Source of the DNA: Vermamoeba vermiformis
Taxonomy: Eukaryota
NCBI GenBank assembly: GCA_045837725.1
Contig: JBEWZL010000145.1
Location: 434,001-498,000, forward strand
Direction: 5' to 3'
DNA: 64,000 nt
The position numbers and the translations under genes were made by a program. Positions 52,206 through 64,000 of the stretch are shown here, one piece after another; the stretch's first letter is position 1; each line of letters opens with the position of its first letter. Under the pieces are notes generated by a model that made no database searches, had not been told where the DNA came from, and saw nothing but the letters and a program-made list of their open reading frames with translations.

Positions 52206-53314
52206 CTATTCTTTAGATTCGGCTTTCTTCCAATATTGATTGAAAATAGACTTTTGAAGCTCGAGCAAATTAGGGAACTTTGCCAACAAGTCCTGCACTT
52301 CCTTGTTGGACACCGTCAATAATTCAGTTAGCTCTGCAAAGCAAATGATATCGAGGAGATGCACTTGGGTGTCAGAAAAGAAGTACTTCTGGTTGCCTAA
52401 GAGCGTTGACAAAGCGAACAAGTTCTTCTCGGCAATAATCAACAATTCCTCTTGAGTATGGCGACCTAGTTTCGAGTTAATCCGGCGCTTATTAGCACGT
52501 AATATTGAATCAATTAGAATTAAGTTGGAATCTTACCAGTTCCCTGGGCATAAAGATTTCCGATTACTTTTCGTCGGAGAAGCTCTGGAACGACCCATTC
52601 TGATGATTAGAGGAAGTTAGACCATGTATCAGCGCTAAATATAATTAAGGATCTTACTAATAGGCCAAGCAAGACGACCAAACACTTTCTTTTTAAAGTC
52701 CTCCCAGCCTTGCTCATTTTGCCAGCGATAGTAGACCATAATACTGCATTATATTAGCCATATTAATTAAAATTAATTATTTTCGTACTTATTTAATGAG
52801 TCTTCAATCAAGCGTTGATAAGCGATTGTCAACGCGCGTTGTTGATCTGACAGATCTTTGTCGATGTCAGTCTGAGGCAAGTCTTTATTTAATCTGGCGA
52901 TGATAAACGAGCTATCTTCAACAGTTTCGCCGTTGATAAGCACCATCGGGAATTTAGCTAAAGGCCATCGTTAATCAATTAACTGCAAAAGATAAAAACT
53001 GAAATTAAGATACGGTGTTTTAGATGATAACGAGGGATTATTTACGGATAATTATTAACGAGGATTTTAGCAATTTTTAGTCCACAGCGCGTAATTGACA
53101 TTTAGCTTCCTTACCTTTTCCAGATGTGGGACGTTGCTCAAATTTGTTCGTGTAAGGAATATTCGTCACCTTGAGGTACGTCTCCAACTTCAAGCAGAAC
53201 GGACTCAGCGAGATATCCTTGTAGGGGAATTGGACTAACGTGATCTGTGTATTGGTTTGGCCCTACGATCGAGCAATGAGCTTCAGTATTGATTAGGGAT
53301 CGTCTTACCTCCAT
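52206..53314 (-). CDS. FAX/metaxin-family GST-fold protein (failed axon connections homolog-like)
   Basis: SLSPFCLKLETYLKVTNIPY, K|AKFPMVLINGETVEDSSFII, QRLIEDSL, YAQGT|GRHTQEE and LSTLLGNQKYFF...LLDIICFAEL. Confidence 0.88.
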
Positions 53315-53914
53315 TGTAGTTAAGAGTAGTATTGATACAAAAACGCGGTAATTTTGAAATGATTTTTATTATTGTTCGGAGCGGAACTGTCGCAGAGTTT
53401 CGCCGGGAGGCATTTCAGTGAACGAGTGAACCGATAACATCTCGTTACAACATTATCTTCGAAGATAATAGCACCGCCTTGCATTCATCTCGTTGTATGA
53501 TGCTAAGTTTCGGATTACCAACGTAATATCTTTAAAGTGCTGAACAATGTGAGTTATACGTCGGATCTCCATATCGGTTGCCTTGAGTGAACAACAATGA
53601 TCGCTAATAGATTTATTGTTTAAATTCGTTGTTCTACCAGTATTGATTATAGATAATCTTTTGGTGTTTCAGTAAATTGCAGATCTTTATTGAACGCTGT
53701 CAGCAATACATTCAATATGGCAAAGCATCGAGGAAGCGCACTTAAGCGTCAGAAAAAAAGTACATCTTGTCTCCCAATAGAACTAATACTCGCCACCAAG
53801 GTCGATTGGGCATAAGTTATGCCAGAGTTTTAAGTGTAGACACTAAGGGGTATACCTGTGTCCTAGGCCCCTCATCGCCTAGCAACCGGGATCCTCCTAA
53901 AATATATATAAACA

Positions 53915-54070
53915 GCTTGTTAGAGCAATCGCTGATAAGCAATCGTCAACGTTGACGATCTTACAGATCTTTGTCAAAGTCAGTCTGCGGCATAGCTTTG
54001 TTCAATCTGACAAATTAAGGAATTATTTCGACTGTTTCGATGTGGATAAGCACCATCAGGAATTCACCGA
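53915..54070 (-). pseudogene. Degenerate duplicate of exon 3 of the FAX/metaxin gene
   Basis: gctgataagcaatcgtcaacg...acagatctttgtcaaagtcagtctg...gataagcaccatcaggaatt aligns with 52795-52958, with indels that break the frame. Confidence 0.7.
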
Positions 54071-54398
54071 CACGAGAATTATAATTAATTATTTATTTAC
54101 CTTAAATTGTTAACGGACGTCCAATCCTTTGTACTCCACGTGCTTAATCGCCGATATTTCCCAGCTTATTATATTCTTATCGTTGTATCGATATTTCTTA
54201 CTTTATTCTGCGCACAAAGTTTGAAATGGGCGAGATGTGTTGGCCAAACTTTGAAGTTCTTCGAATTTCGTTTAAAAGTTGCTATTTAAGCATGTCTCTT
54301 TCTTGCTGCCATTGTTCTTCTTCGGCTAAAACCTTGAATAAAGATTTTTGGAGTTATTTCGAGCGTTATTTTGCAAGCAAGCACAGCAACTCTTCTAA

Positions 54399-57117
54399 AT
54401 GGGTAATAAAGGGTCTCATTCGGATAAAAGCAAATTTTGTCAAGTATGACGATCTAAGGCATTGCTAGCGATTAATTTAGACTTACATCCGTTTTTTAGC
54501 TCTCTGACAAGGTGTTGCACGTTAAAAAATTGCTTGGAAAAAAGCAGCAACGTGGAATAGTAGACGGTAAGTAATAATATTCAAATTCCGTGCAAAATAA
54601 TAAAATTGAATTTTTTTTTGAATTTGTTCTAATTTTAGTGCAGATGTGCTCAATATGGCCGCGTCTGCAACAGCCACACACTATCAAAATAGCCAAAATA
54701 ACTACACTGAAACTCAAGCGATAGATTTGACGGAGGGCTATCAAAAACTTCCACCCTCGCTCGTCGATTTTATTTCCAAAATTGGCGGTGTCGTGCAACA
54801 GAATATTCCAACATTTCCAGCTAAATTTGAGCCCGTCCATATAACTCAATACACATATCACCTTGACGGCAAACTTGACGGTCACATCGATAACATTAGG
54901 TAAGGATCCAATTTTTTTATTATTATAATTGCTTAGCTAGATAATATGATAGTGGTTGGGTTGTTATATTGAGTTTTGGCTGCACGGCAAAATTTTGGTT
55001 GCAATTGGATAAAAATAGCGACAAAATAGGTATATTTATCATCCCTAAAAATTACTGTCGCACGTCTTAACACCACTTGCCTTTTATAGAAATCGATTTT
55101 GAGAGCGGAGATCTGTTAGTGTTTCCTAGCGACACCAAATCAGGCATTCGTCATGGCATCACCTCTATTGTACCGCACACTTGTCCGCACAATCTCCAGC
55201 CGGATCTCACTCACACCCGATTTTGTTTGCAGTTCAGAGAAGAAATTCAAGTTGATATCGATATTAGCGTAAGACTTAAATATACAGCACTAATATTAGT
55301 GGTATTAATTAGTGTTTAAATAGCCGAGTGTCGAAAAAACTGAAGAAAAAGCTAGCGTTGCTAAACCTCCTCCCCAATTAATTTTGCACGATGAACATGC
55401 TGTGTCACCGTTAGATCGATTCACTATGGTACTAAAAACAGCATATTAATTCAATTGAGTATTAATCATACCGTAATTTTCAGACTCAAGAAGAGATTGA
55501 CACTACGCTCCGAAACACTTTTGCCGTGCCGTCGGAAATTTCCCAAATGATTATGAATCGTTGCAGTGTTTCTACGCTTGGCCGTCTAGCTCAAACAAGC
55601 TTTTCGTGGAGACATATAGTCTATAAGTAAGTCGGTGCATATTCGTCAAAGTGACGATCTGACACGTGATCAGTTTCGATCAGCGATGGAAAGAATTGTA
55701 CCTGTCAAATGTCAAACCAGCTCCAAAGCCATCAAAAAAAGACTTTTTCATGCCAGTAATGTTTTTTGATGAAAGACATCGGCCGTTCCCGCCTGAAGAA
55801 AAATTGTTCAAGCGGAAGTTGCCCGAGACTACTTGGCGATCGTTATACTGCGCTAACATGTTTAACACTGAAGAACAATCCGCGACATTTTGTATAACTA
55901 ACTCATCGCGCAATCAATTCGCTGGATTTTGTGGCGATGATGCACCCAGATCCATCATGAGCGGCTTCGTTTCGACTGCGGTAAGTTCGTCATATGAGGT
56001 TAATTAGTATAATAACGTTTATTATAGGGAGGAAATAATTACGTTGGCAAAAGATTGTCGTGGGCAGATAACGTTAGAAAAGTTGCGTCGAAGAGGAACA
56101 TTCTGGATGTGGATGCGTTGAGCTTGTGTTGGGAAAAGGCGCTAATGCATGACTTGCACGTGCTGCCGCAAGTGTCAGGCGTATTAAGCGTCACACCTAC
56201 ATTTATGAGCAAGCAGAGCCGAGAAGACTTGACTCAGATCGCGTTCGAACAATTCAACATGTCTGTATTCTACATTTCACCCGCTGAAATATGCGTTATG
56301 TATTCTACGGGAAGAACGACGGGCGTTGTTGTTGATTTAGGCACTCAAGAAAGCTCGGTAGTGAAGGTCTATGAAGGTTCGTATTTTCTCAGAATTTCAT
56401 AATTTAATTAATTAATTAATTTTTTTTAAAGGTTATATGGATAGAGGGAACGTAGATCAAGATATGCTCGCAGTTGGTGGTGATGCAGTAACGAAAAAAT
56501 TCCAAGAATTAGTGCTGCAGAAGTACCCGCAGTTATCGACCAAAGACTTTGATTTCTTTGAGAGCCTTAAAATAAGCGTCTCTGGATTAGTAAAAGACGG
56601 CATGGAAGTAGAAATGAAATTGGCGGAGAAATTATTTGGCGATGTTACTAAAGAATACAAAGAGGCTTGCGACGTGTTGCTGCATCCGAACAAATACGGC
56701 TTGGCACCAGTATCATTAGCAGAACATATCGCAACAAAAGCACGGTCATATGAAGATGAACCTAATGTCGATGTTATTTTAAGCGGTGGGCCAGCGAAGT
56801 CATTTTTGGATCTGGATCTGCTTCAAAAAGAAATAGAAGAACACGCGCCGCGCAAAAAAATTAAATTAGTGCATCCACCTGTAAGTAATATTCATTGATT
56901 TAGTTCGAAATGCGACCCGTACTAATATGCTTCATTTAAGGGTCCTGAATTCCATCATTGGATTGGCGGTTCTATTTTAGGCAGTCTTAGTACATTCCAG
57001 AAAATGTGGATCTCAATGCCCGAATACGAAGAAAGCGGTACGTACTATAGCTTCCATATAGAGTGAATTTAATTATTTAATTTAGGTCCTCAAATTGTTC
57101 ATCGCAAGTGCTTCTAA
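54399..57117 (+). CDS. AlkB-type 2OG-Fe(II) dioxygenase - F-box - actin-like fusion protein, paralog B
   Basis: MGNKGSHS..., [43 protein letters not shown] (AlkB), then [42 protein letters not shown] (F-box), then [44 protein letters not shown] (actin fold). Confidence 0.8.
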
Positions 57118-57189
57118 ATGTAGATCTAGTTGTTAATTATAAAATAGTTTGGTATTATTTATTACAGTTCATATTGTTTTGACTATTTT

Positions 57190-60100
57190 TTAGTCATCTA
57201 TGCTTTCATAGCAGCACGCGCAACACTTCCAAAAGCTCTTCTTCGGCTCAGATCTGTTGCCCAACAACGGACTGCTTTCGCTGAATGACGCGTCGGAAGT
57301 AACCTCCGAGCGAGGCTTGGACAGCGCTGTCAAGTTGCGGACTTTGTTGGGTCCCACGTTCGTGTTGTTACCGGAAATTTCGGGTAAAAGTGGCACGGTC
57401 TCTTCGACAATAGCCATGGAGTCTCTGACGGGCTCAGCGTTGCGGCCTCGTTTGACAGGTGACGCGGCCACATGTGACGGCTCAGCGGCTTCAAGGTGCG
57501 CAGTTTTCTTGACATTTTTAGTCTTAATAACCACGTCTTTAATGCCTGTAGCTCGCATGATTTTCTTTGCAGCCTGATCTAAGAGCTCCACTGTCTCGCA
57601 TTCGACGGTGCGTTTCTTGAGCGTGTGATTGGGCTCTTGATATTTCAACACAATGTACTTCTTGTCCTTGATCTTGATGCTCTTGACCCACGACAACTTG
57701 ACGATCCAAATGTCTTCCAGGGCCTTGCCAAGCATAGCAAAGTGCAAGTAGCACAACAGTCTCTTCGTGCCCAAGATCACGTGATCGTGCTTGGTCGTTG
57801 TAAAAGCGTGCATGTCGTAACATTCTTGCATGAACTTGCCCTGGTTGGTGGTACTCAAAAGTTCCTGGCCGATAGCGAGGTCCAAGTTGTACTTTGTGAG
57901 CACGTGATCAGCACCAAAGTATCGCGGAGGTCGCACACGAATCTTAGCCTTGGCGTCGAACATTGTCGTTGTGTTTTTGATACCTTCAGTCGTTCTGCTG
58001 ACGAGATCGATCGCTCCGACTGTGGGTTTCAGCACGACACCTGTCAAACCACGGCCAAGACCCTTCAAGAAACCAATACCTCCTTGTTTGGCTCCTTTGA
58101 TAGGCTCAGTCTAACGAGGAATGTGAAATTAGTTCGGCTCGTAGAAGTGAGGGCAACAGAAGTACGTACCACAACGCCTGTAATGCCCTTGTACAAGCCA
58201 ATACCAAAGTCAGTAATGCCGTACACAAAACCTTCTCCAACGTGCTGAGCTTTCTTTTGTTTTCGGATAGCTCTTTCTCGTTGGTAATCTTCGTCCATAG
58301 TCAAAGTTTCACCGACTAAATAATCGTTAGTATTGCTGCTTGTCTAGGATATTACTAACTTCATTACGTACCTTTAGCAACAGTGCTAGTGATCTTGCTG
58401 GCCGTGTTGAAAATAGCGTAGGTCGTGTTCTTCAACAAACTGCCCGTGCCCTTAGCCAAGCCCAATCCAAACTCCGTGGGGCTACGAACAATAGCCTTGG
58501 CAGGCTCGTGGAAGAAGTCGTAGACACCCGTGCCCAAGTTATTAACCAAGTTGACTGGACTGCCCAAAAAGTCAGCACTGCCAACGATCTTGTAGGCCTG
58601 TTTGAGACCAGCACGCTTAAAGTGTTCAATAATTCGGCTCACTAAGTCCTTCTGCGAGCTGAACAAGTGTTGAATCATCAAACCGTTCAACGCTAACGGC
58701 GCTTCTTCGACGTTGGCAAGTGTTCCGACAACTCCCAAAATGCGCTCAAGAGCTGTCTTGTCACTATAAGCACGGCATTAGGAAGTGAAATTTCAACGAA
58801 TTGATGCTTGAGAACTTACATATCGGGGTTCAAGATCTTCGGGGTAGTCATGAACGAGACGTTAGCCTTAATAGGATTGATGTGCAATAGCTCAAAGTAG
58901 AACATGTTCGATGATGCAAGATCTTTGTCGCTCAATCGTTGTTTTTGCGTGGTCACTTCGCTGAACAACTTTTGTTCCTCGTCAACACCTAATCCAAAGT
59001 TAGTTCTGGGCAGTAATAAAGAGACACGTGTCAAACGTGTCAAACATGTCAACTTACCTTTGACCTTATTAAGGTACCATTGCAAATTAGTAGCAAAAGC
59101 GAGAGCTTGGACCAAGAACGTTTGATCGACGCTCAAATCCATCTCTTGGACTTGCACGGCAAAGTAGCGCAAGAACTGAATGCTGCCGTAACGAGCGTCC
59201 TTGATCACGGACATGCTCAAGAACTTGTTGTCTTCAGCGGGTCTGGCGAATAAGACGATGGGGTATGGCGTCAAATAGAGCTGATTATCGATTTGCATCG
59301 TGCCCACTGAAAATTCGATCGTTTGATCTACGTTCGAGGAAGTGAACTTGAGGTAGATTGTTTGCATCGTAACATAGAGAAGTTCTTGTGGCTTGAGGGC
59401 CTTGTTGGGGTTCGTGTCAATCACTGACATGCCAATGCCCTTAAGTGACGCCTTGAACTCGATTGTGGTCTGAAATTTCGTTTGCATTAGCACGGTAAGA
59501 ATTGTAAAATGAGTAATTTTTATACCTTTCGTTCCAAGTTTGCGAATTGAATGTCATCCACCGCGTCCTCTTCCATCGAGTCTGTCGGCGTGTTTAATGA
59601 CTCGGTGCTGTCAGTCAAACTCTCGTCCTTCAAGCGCTGTTTAGGCTCCTTAATAGCTGGAGTTGCAGTGTCAGCAAGTGTCATGTTTGGCTTGTCTGCC
59701 TCGTTGATGTTAAGCACTCGTGTCGGTCCGTCAGCTTTAACTTCGAACACCAACCACCTGTAGCACGTTATTAGTAAACAACGTTACGATACGATTCGAA
59801 TGATACTTACTTTTTGCTTCGCAAGGCGCGGATAGGCTTGGCGTGGCCAATTTTTTCGAGTGAAATTTCACTGTACTGCATCGCATTGCCGCTGTCATCC
59901 ACGACCTTCGCAACAAGCTTTTTGTCAGCCATTTGAGGCTCGTCCCAACAATAAGCAGCGGAGGCGTTAGCACTCAAGTTCATCAGTGACTCGCAGCCCT
60001 TCTGTTGCAGAACAAAATTCTCGTTGGTGTTGTTTTGGATCTGATAGCCAAAGACCTCCTCGGGGCCTCCAAATACAACAAAAGTCGTGCCGTTCAAGAC

Positions 60101-63100
60101 TTTAACGTGCACGGCCAACGTGTCGACTTGTTTGCTCTGCGGGTTCTTCAGCTTCAATTGCAAGTGATCGGCTTGATCGATCGAGAATCCAGTGGACCAA
60201 TACTGATCGTCCTTATTGACTTCATTGTTCTCGTCTGCAAATTTGACGCTCAACTTGGTCACGTTCTTCAAGTTTGGCCAATGGAAAGGAATCTGTTGAC
60301 CAGGCTTAATCGCATAGTAACTGTCATCTGCTTCAATAGGCTGATTGTTGTTATTGGACTGGACTAGTCTCGCCGGCTTTTGTTTGTACAAAACAGTTTG
60401 TTCCATTTGATTGACGAGCATGAAACCAGGGTAAATCTTCACCAACTTGGTACGCCAGAACTGTGAAAATGTTAGCTATTTCTAATGATAAGATAATAGT
60501 TTAACGTTACGTACTCGACCGGGAGCAGGATAAACAATGACCGAGAACTGGTACAATCGCTGCGAGGCAGATTCGTCCTTTATGTCAACTAAACCTTCGT
60601 TTTGAACGCCAAGAGGGAAGGCCTTTGAGAGGTACAATAAGAATCAAATGTAAATTGGGTACGTTAAACACATACCTTTGACCACGATGAGTTTTCAACG
60701 CGCAAGCAAAGTTCCTTGTTTGAGAAATAGACGGTGTTTTTGCCCACTTCAATGCCTCTGTTTTCTTCGTCAATGTACCACGAGCTAGGATCGCCAACGA
60801 GAGGTTTGACGGAAGACTCATCGAGCGTTTGACCGGCAGCAATTTTCTTGGAATTGGCTTCAGCTTTGTACGAGAGTCGAAGACCTGTGTTGTTAATGAT
60901 CCAGTAGTTGCTATAAAAGGAAACCTTTCGCGTGCTGTCATCACTAATACCAGGAGTTAGTTTGACACTTTACGACTAACCAACACGTACTTAAGGAAGT
61001 CAGCCGATAGCTGCAAAGATCGAGACTCGTTGTCGTTGATTTTGATGGTCTTAGTAGCCTTTTCTTTAGAGCTGAACGTCGTTGGATCACTCCAGTCAAA
61101 TCCTCGAATTGACACTGACACTGACACGTTCTTTGACATGTGTCGCGTGTAATAGACTTCGTGCTCTTCTCCGTGGGCAAGAGTTGCAGTGACAATCTCT
61201 TCTTTGCTATCATTTTCGATAACCTGCCGAGCATTAGATAAGGCTATGAATGAATGCTAGTTTTCGTACCTTGTAAGCTAGATCCGCTGCCAACAAGTTC
61301 TCGATGATGACGGGTGGTGACAAAGTGACTTCGACCTCCTCACCAATCTCGCCCATCTTGCGCGTCTCTTTCACAGCGCAGAACCACCACTCGTTCTCGT
61401 CCTCTTTGTTGTTATTGTTATTCTGATTGCCGTTGAAGATGTTGTTGCGACAGAAGAGCAAGTTGTTGTCCCTGTCACTCCACTCGAACTGATCGGGCAC
61501 ATTTGTATCTGGCTTGTATCTAATAGTGGAAAAGTCTATCCAGTCAATAGGAATGGACGAGCTCGCACCAGGGGCTAAAAAGTGGGCCACATTAGTTGGT
61601 ATAAAAAATACAAAATTATTGGACGTACGAATTGCAGCCAAGATTGTGGGCACTTCTTGCTTCTCGAGGAAGATGTCAATGCGGTTCTGAGTCTTGTTGA
61701 TGATCTTGAATGCACTGCGCAAAGTGATCGTTTTGCAGGCGGCTTCGTAGATGACCTCGCCAACGACGATCGCCGTGGGGCTCACACGGTACAAGTGATT
61801 GCCGACCTTACCAATAGGCATGTCACGAATCACTTCGTACTCGGTATTGGGATCAACAATACGAATCGAAAGTAGGTACGTGACACGTTGTTTGATGACT
61901 TGATCTCTGCCAATACGGCTGTAAACTAGTGCCTTTTCATCGCCACTTTCAAGGATTTGAGCAGTCTAAAGGAGCAATAGTTAATTAGCATGCAGGAAAC
62001 AATCGCTTCTTACTTCTTCGCCTTCATGCGACCACCAATACTTGATCGGCTTGCCAATGTCGTTCTTCAACGTGTACGGATTGAACGATTGGCGCTTGCT
62101 CTGCACTAACTTGTTCTTCTTGCCTGCGTCAAGTGACTTGTTCAAGAAGTCTTCTTGGACTAACGCGAAAGTTGTGAACAACAAGTCAATGAAGGACTTG
62201 GTCAAGTTCATATTCAACATCTCGTCAGATGTGATGTTAATGGAGCTCTGTCCGCGGTAGTTCTCGTATTCTAATTCAATGCTCCAGGGCTCAATGACAG
62301 GTTCATAAGCTGACAAGTCATTGTTGTACGCGTCAATGAGCAGCGTGGCAATCTTAGAATAGAACTCCATCTTGCCGATTGTGTAGTTGGTCATAATGCT
62401 TTCAAGATCATTCAACTCCATTTTCAACAAAGGTGACGTGAATCCTTCAAACTTGTCGTTCAATAAGCTGAACGAAAAACCACCAATGTTCAACACCATC
62501 TGAAGGCGTATTAGTTAGGTATAATTCTATTGATTGAGTCGACGTACCGTCATTGTAACTTTGTTATCGCTGGGCGGAGCAAGGCCTTGTTTGGCCAACT
62601 GTTCGCGCTCAGCATCTTCATCGTCTTTCGTCTCAACAGCCAAAATTACGCGTTGTCCCTTCTCAAGTCCACCGGGAGGAATTGGAATTTCAGTGATTTC
62701 TTCGACCTTCTTTTCAGCGTTTGCTGCCTCTTCTTTCTTGGCTTGAGCGAGAGCAGCTGTTGCAGGCTCTGTTTTAAAATCATCCAAGAGCGGCTTCCAC
62801 GACTCGTAAGCTTGTAAAGCGAACTTAATATCACTGTACGAAATAATGGTGTCGATGGGGCTGATGTTAATCGCGATTCTACGACCGTTCTCAGCGTTGG
62901 CTGCCATGTTCAGTGAAATGTTGAAGGGCTGAATGAGCGGCATTTGGTTCGAGATTGTGTGAGACTAAACGAGAGCGGTAAGCACAACATTAGAACGGAA
63001 TAATAGTCACGTACATCTGACTTGAGGCGGCAGAAGTTAGCGTCAAATTGAGTCAGTTGCAAGTCAATCTGTTGCTCGCTACCGCGTGTCACCATGCGCA

Positions 63101-64000
63101 CGCGTGAGTCGCCCAAATGAAGCACGAAAGCGCTGCTCTCGGCCATTGTAGGGTTTTCGAGCACGCAAAGTTCGGGTGACTTTAATAGGACAATCAAGTC
63201 CATGACGCTGTTTTGCTGCTGAATTTTCTTGGTCTCTTCAGCCTCGATTTGTTGAATCCTGTCCATCTTTTGTACAGCGGCTATGGAGAGAGTCAGTAAT
63301 CTCCTTATTTAAACTAATATACGTACGATTAGCCTTTTCGGTTGCTTCTTTCCATTTGGCCAAAGACCTGGTCATGTTGTCAAGCCACGGTAACATGTAT
63401 CGCTTGACAGCCAGCAATGAGTCCGGCAACAAGTAGATACGAGGGCGGTACAGCTCTACATTGATGCCCATGCGGTTGTCTTTCGGATTAGACTCGTAGT
63501 GCACCGAGACCTGACTCTGTTCGGCCTCAGTGTTATCGATCGGGACAGGCGTCAGCAAAGTCTTAAAAAAAAGAGTTAGACGAGTACCAATAAGCAAGTG
63601 AGACTTACATTGAACGTCAAAGACGACTCAGCACGTTTGTCGTACAACACGATAGACTGAAGATTCAATTTCAGCTTCATTTGGCCATCGTTGTACATGT
63701 CCAAATCGTTCGTCAAGCCGTTGATCGCGAAGTTAGCAATGGCCGTTGAATTTCCTTGTTCATCAATGCCATCAGCTTTCAACACTGTCAATGAGACCTG
63801 TGCCAAAGACGCGACGACACGGGTATTGACCCAAGCATTCTTTTCTTCAACACCAACAGCCAATTCATTGTTATTGTTCGGTGCTGCGAGCTCTTTGTTA
63901 GCAGTAGGTTGTGCCCCTTGGTCTTGTTGGCTCGTGTCAAGGCCTGATGCCTCGAGCACTGATTGAAGCTCAGCGACATCAGGTGCTGGCAGCTCGCTCA
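57190..64000 (-). CDS. VPS13: VPS13-family lipid transfer protein, 3' portion (5' end outside the window)
   Basis: YEPVIEPW, VAB/SHR-BD region (LVNQMEQ..PFHW, YCWDEP), QELLYVT, MQIDNQL..TPYPIVL, GSADFLGSPV and GLGRGLTGVVLKP..RVRPPRYF, then a PH-like C-terminal domain. Confidence 0.93.

Overview
Compact, intron-rich eukaryotic nuclear DNA with short AT-rich GT-AG introns (GTAAGT/GTACGT donors, CTAAC/CTAAT-like branch points), the standard genetic code and convergent gene pairs under 110 bp apart. It looks like an amoebozoan-type protist, but I cannot fix the lineage from this window. From left to right: four tandem F-box genes with a BTB/KCTD gene inserted among them; an ankyrin gene; a CpG-depleted Crinkler-type NTPase+REase-like gene; a UBA/PARP8-like Zn-finger/RCC1/ankyrin gene; a C2-ARM-UBR-RING E3 ligase; two tandem cytidine-deaminase-fold genes; a CDGSH protein; a C2 protein; SRP receptor alpha; a PBX-like TALE homeobox gene; TACC; a divergent H3/H4 pair with 3' stem-loops; an uncharacterised gene; a GH30 glucosylceramidase; two AlkB-F-box-actin fusion genes flanking two PA-domain multipass membrane genes and a FAX/metaxin GST gene with a pseudogene fragment; and the 3' part of VPS13. 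Two observations stand out. (1) Both deaminase paralogs need the same +1 frame change between HxE and PCxxC, and synonymous-site conservation favours recoding over an intron. (2) The AlkB dioxygenase-F-box-actin three-domain architecture is present twice. All exon structures were spliced by eye and no database searches were run.
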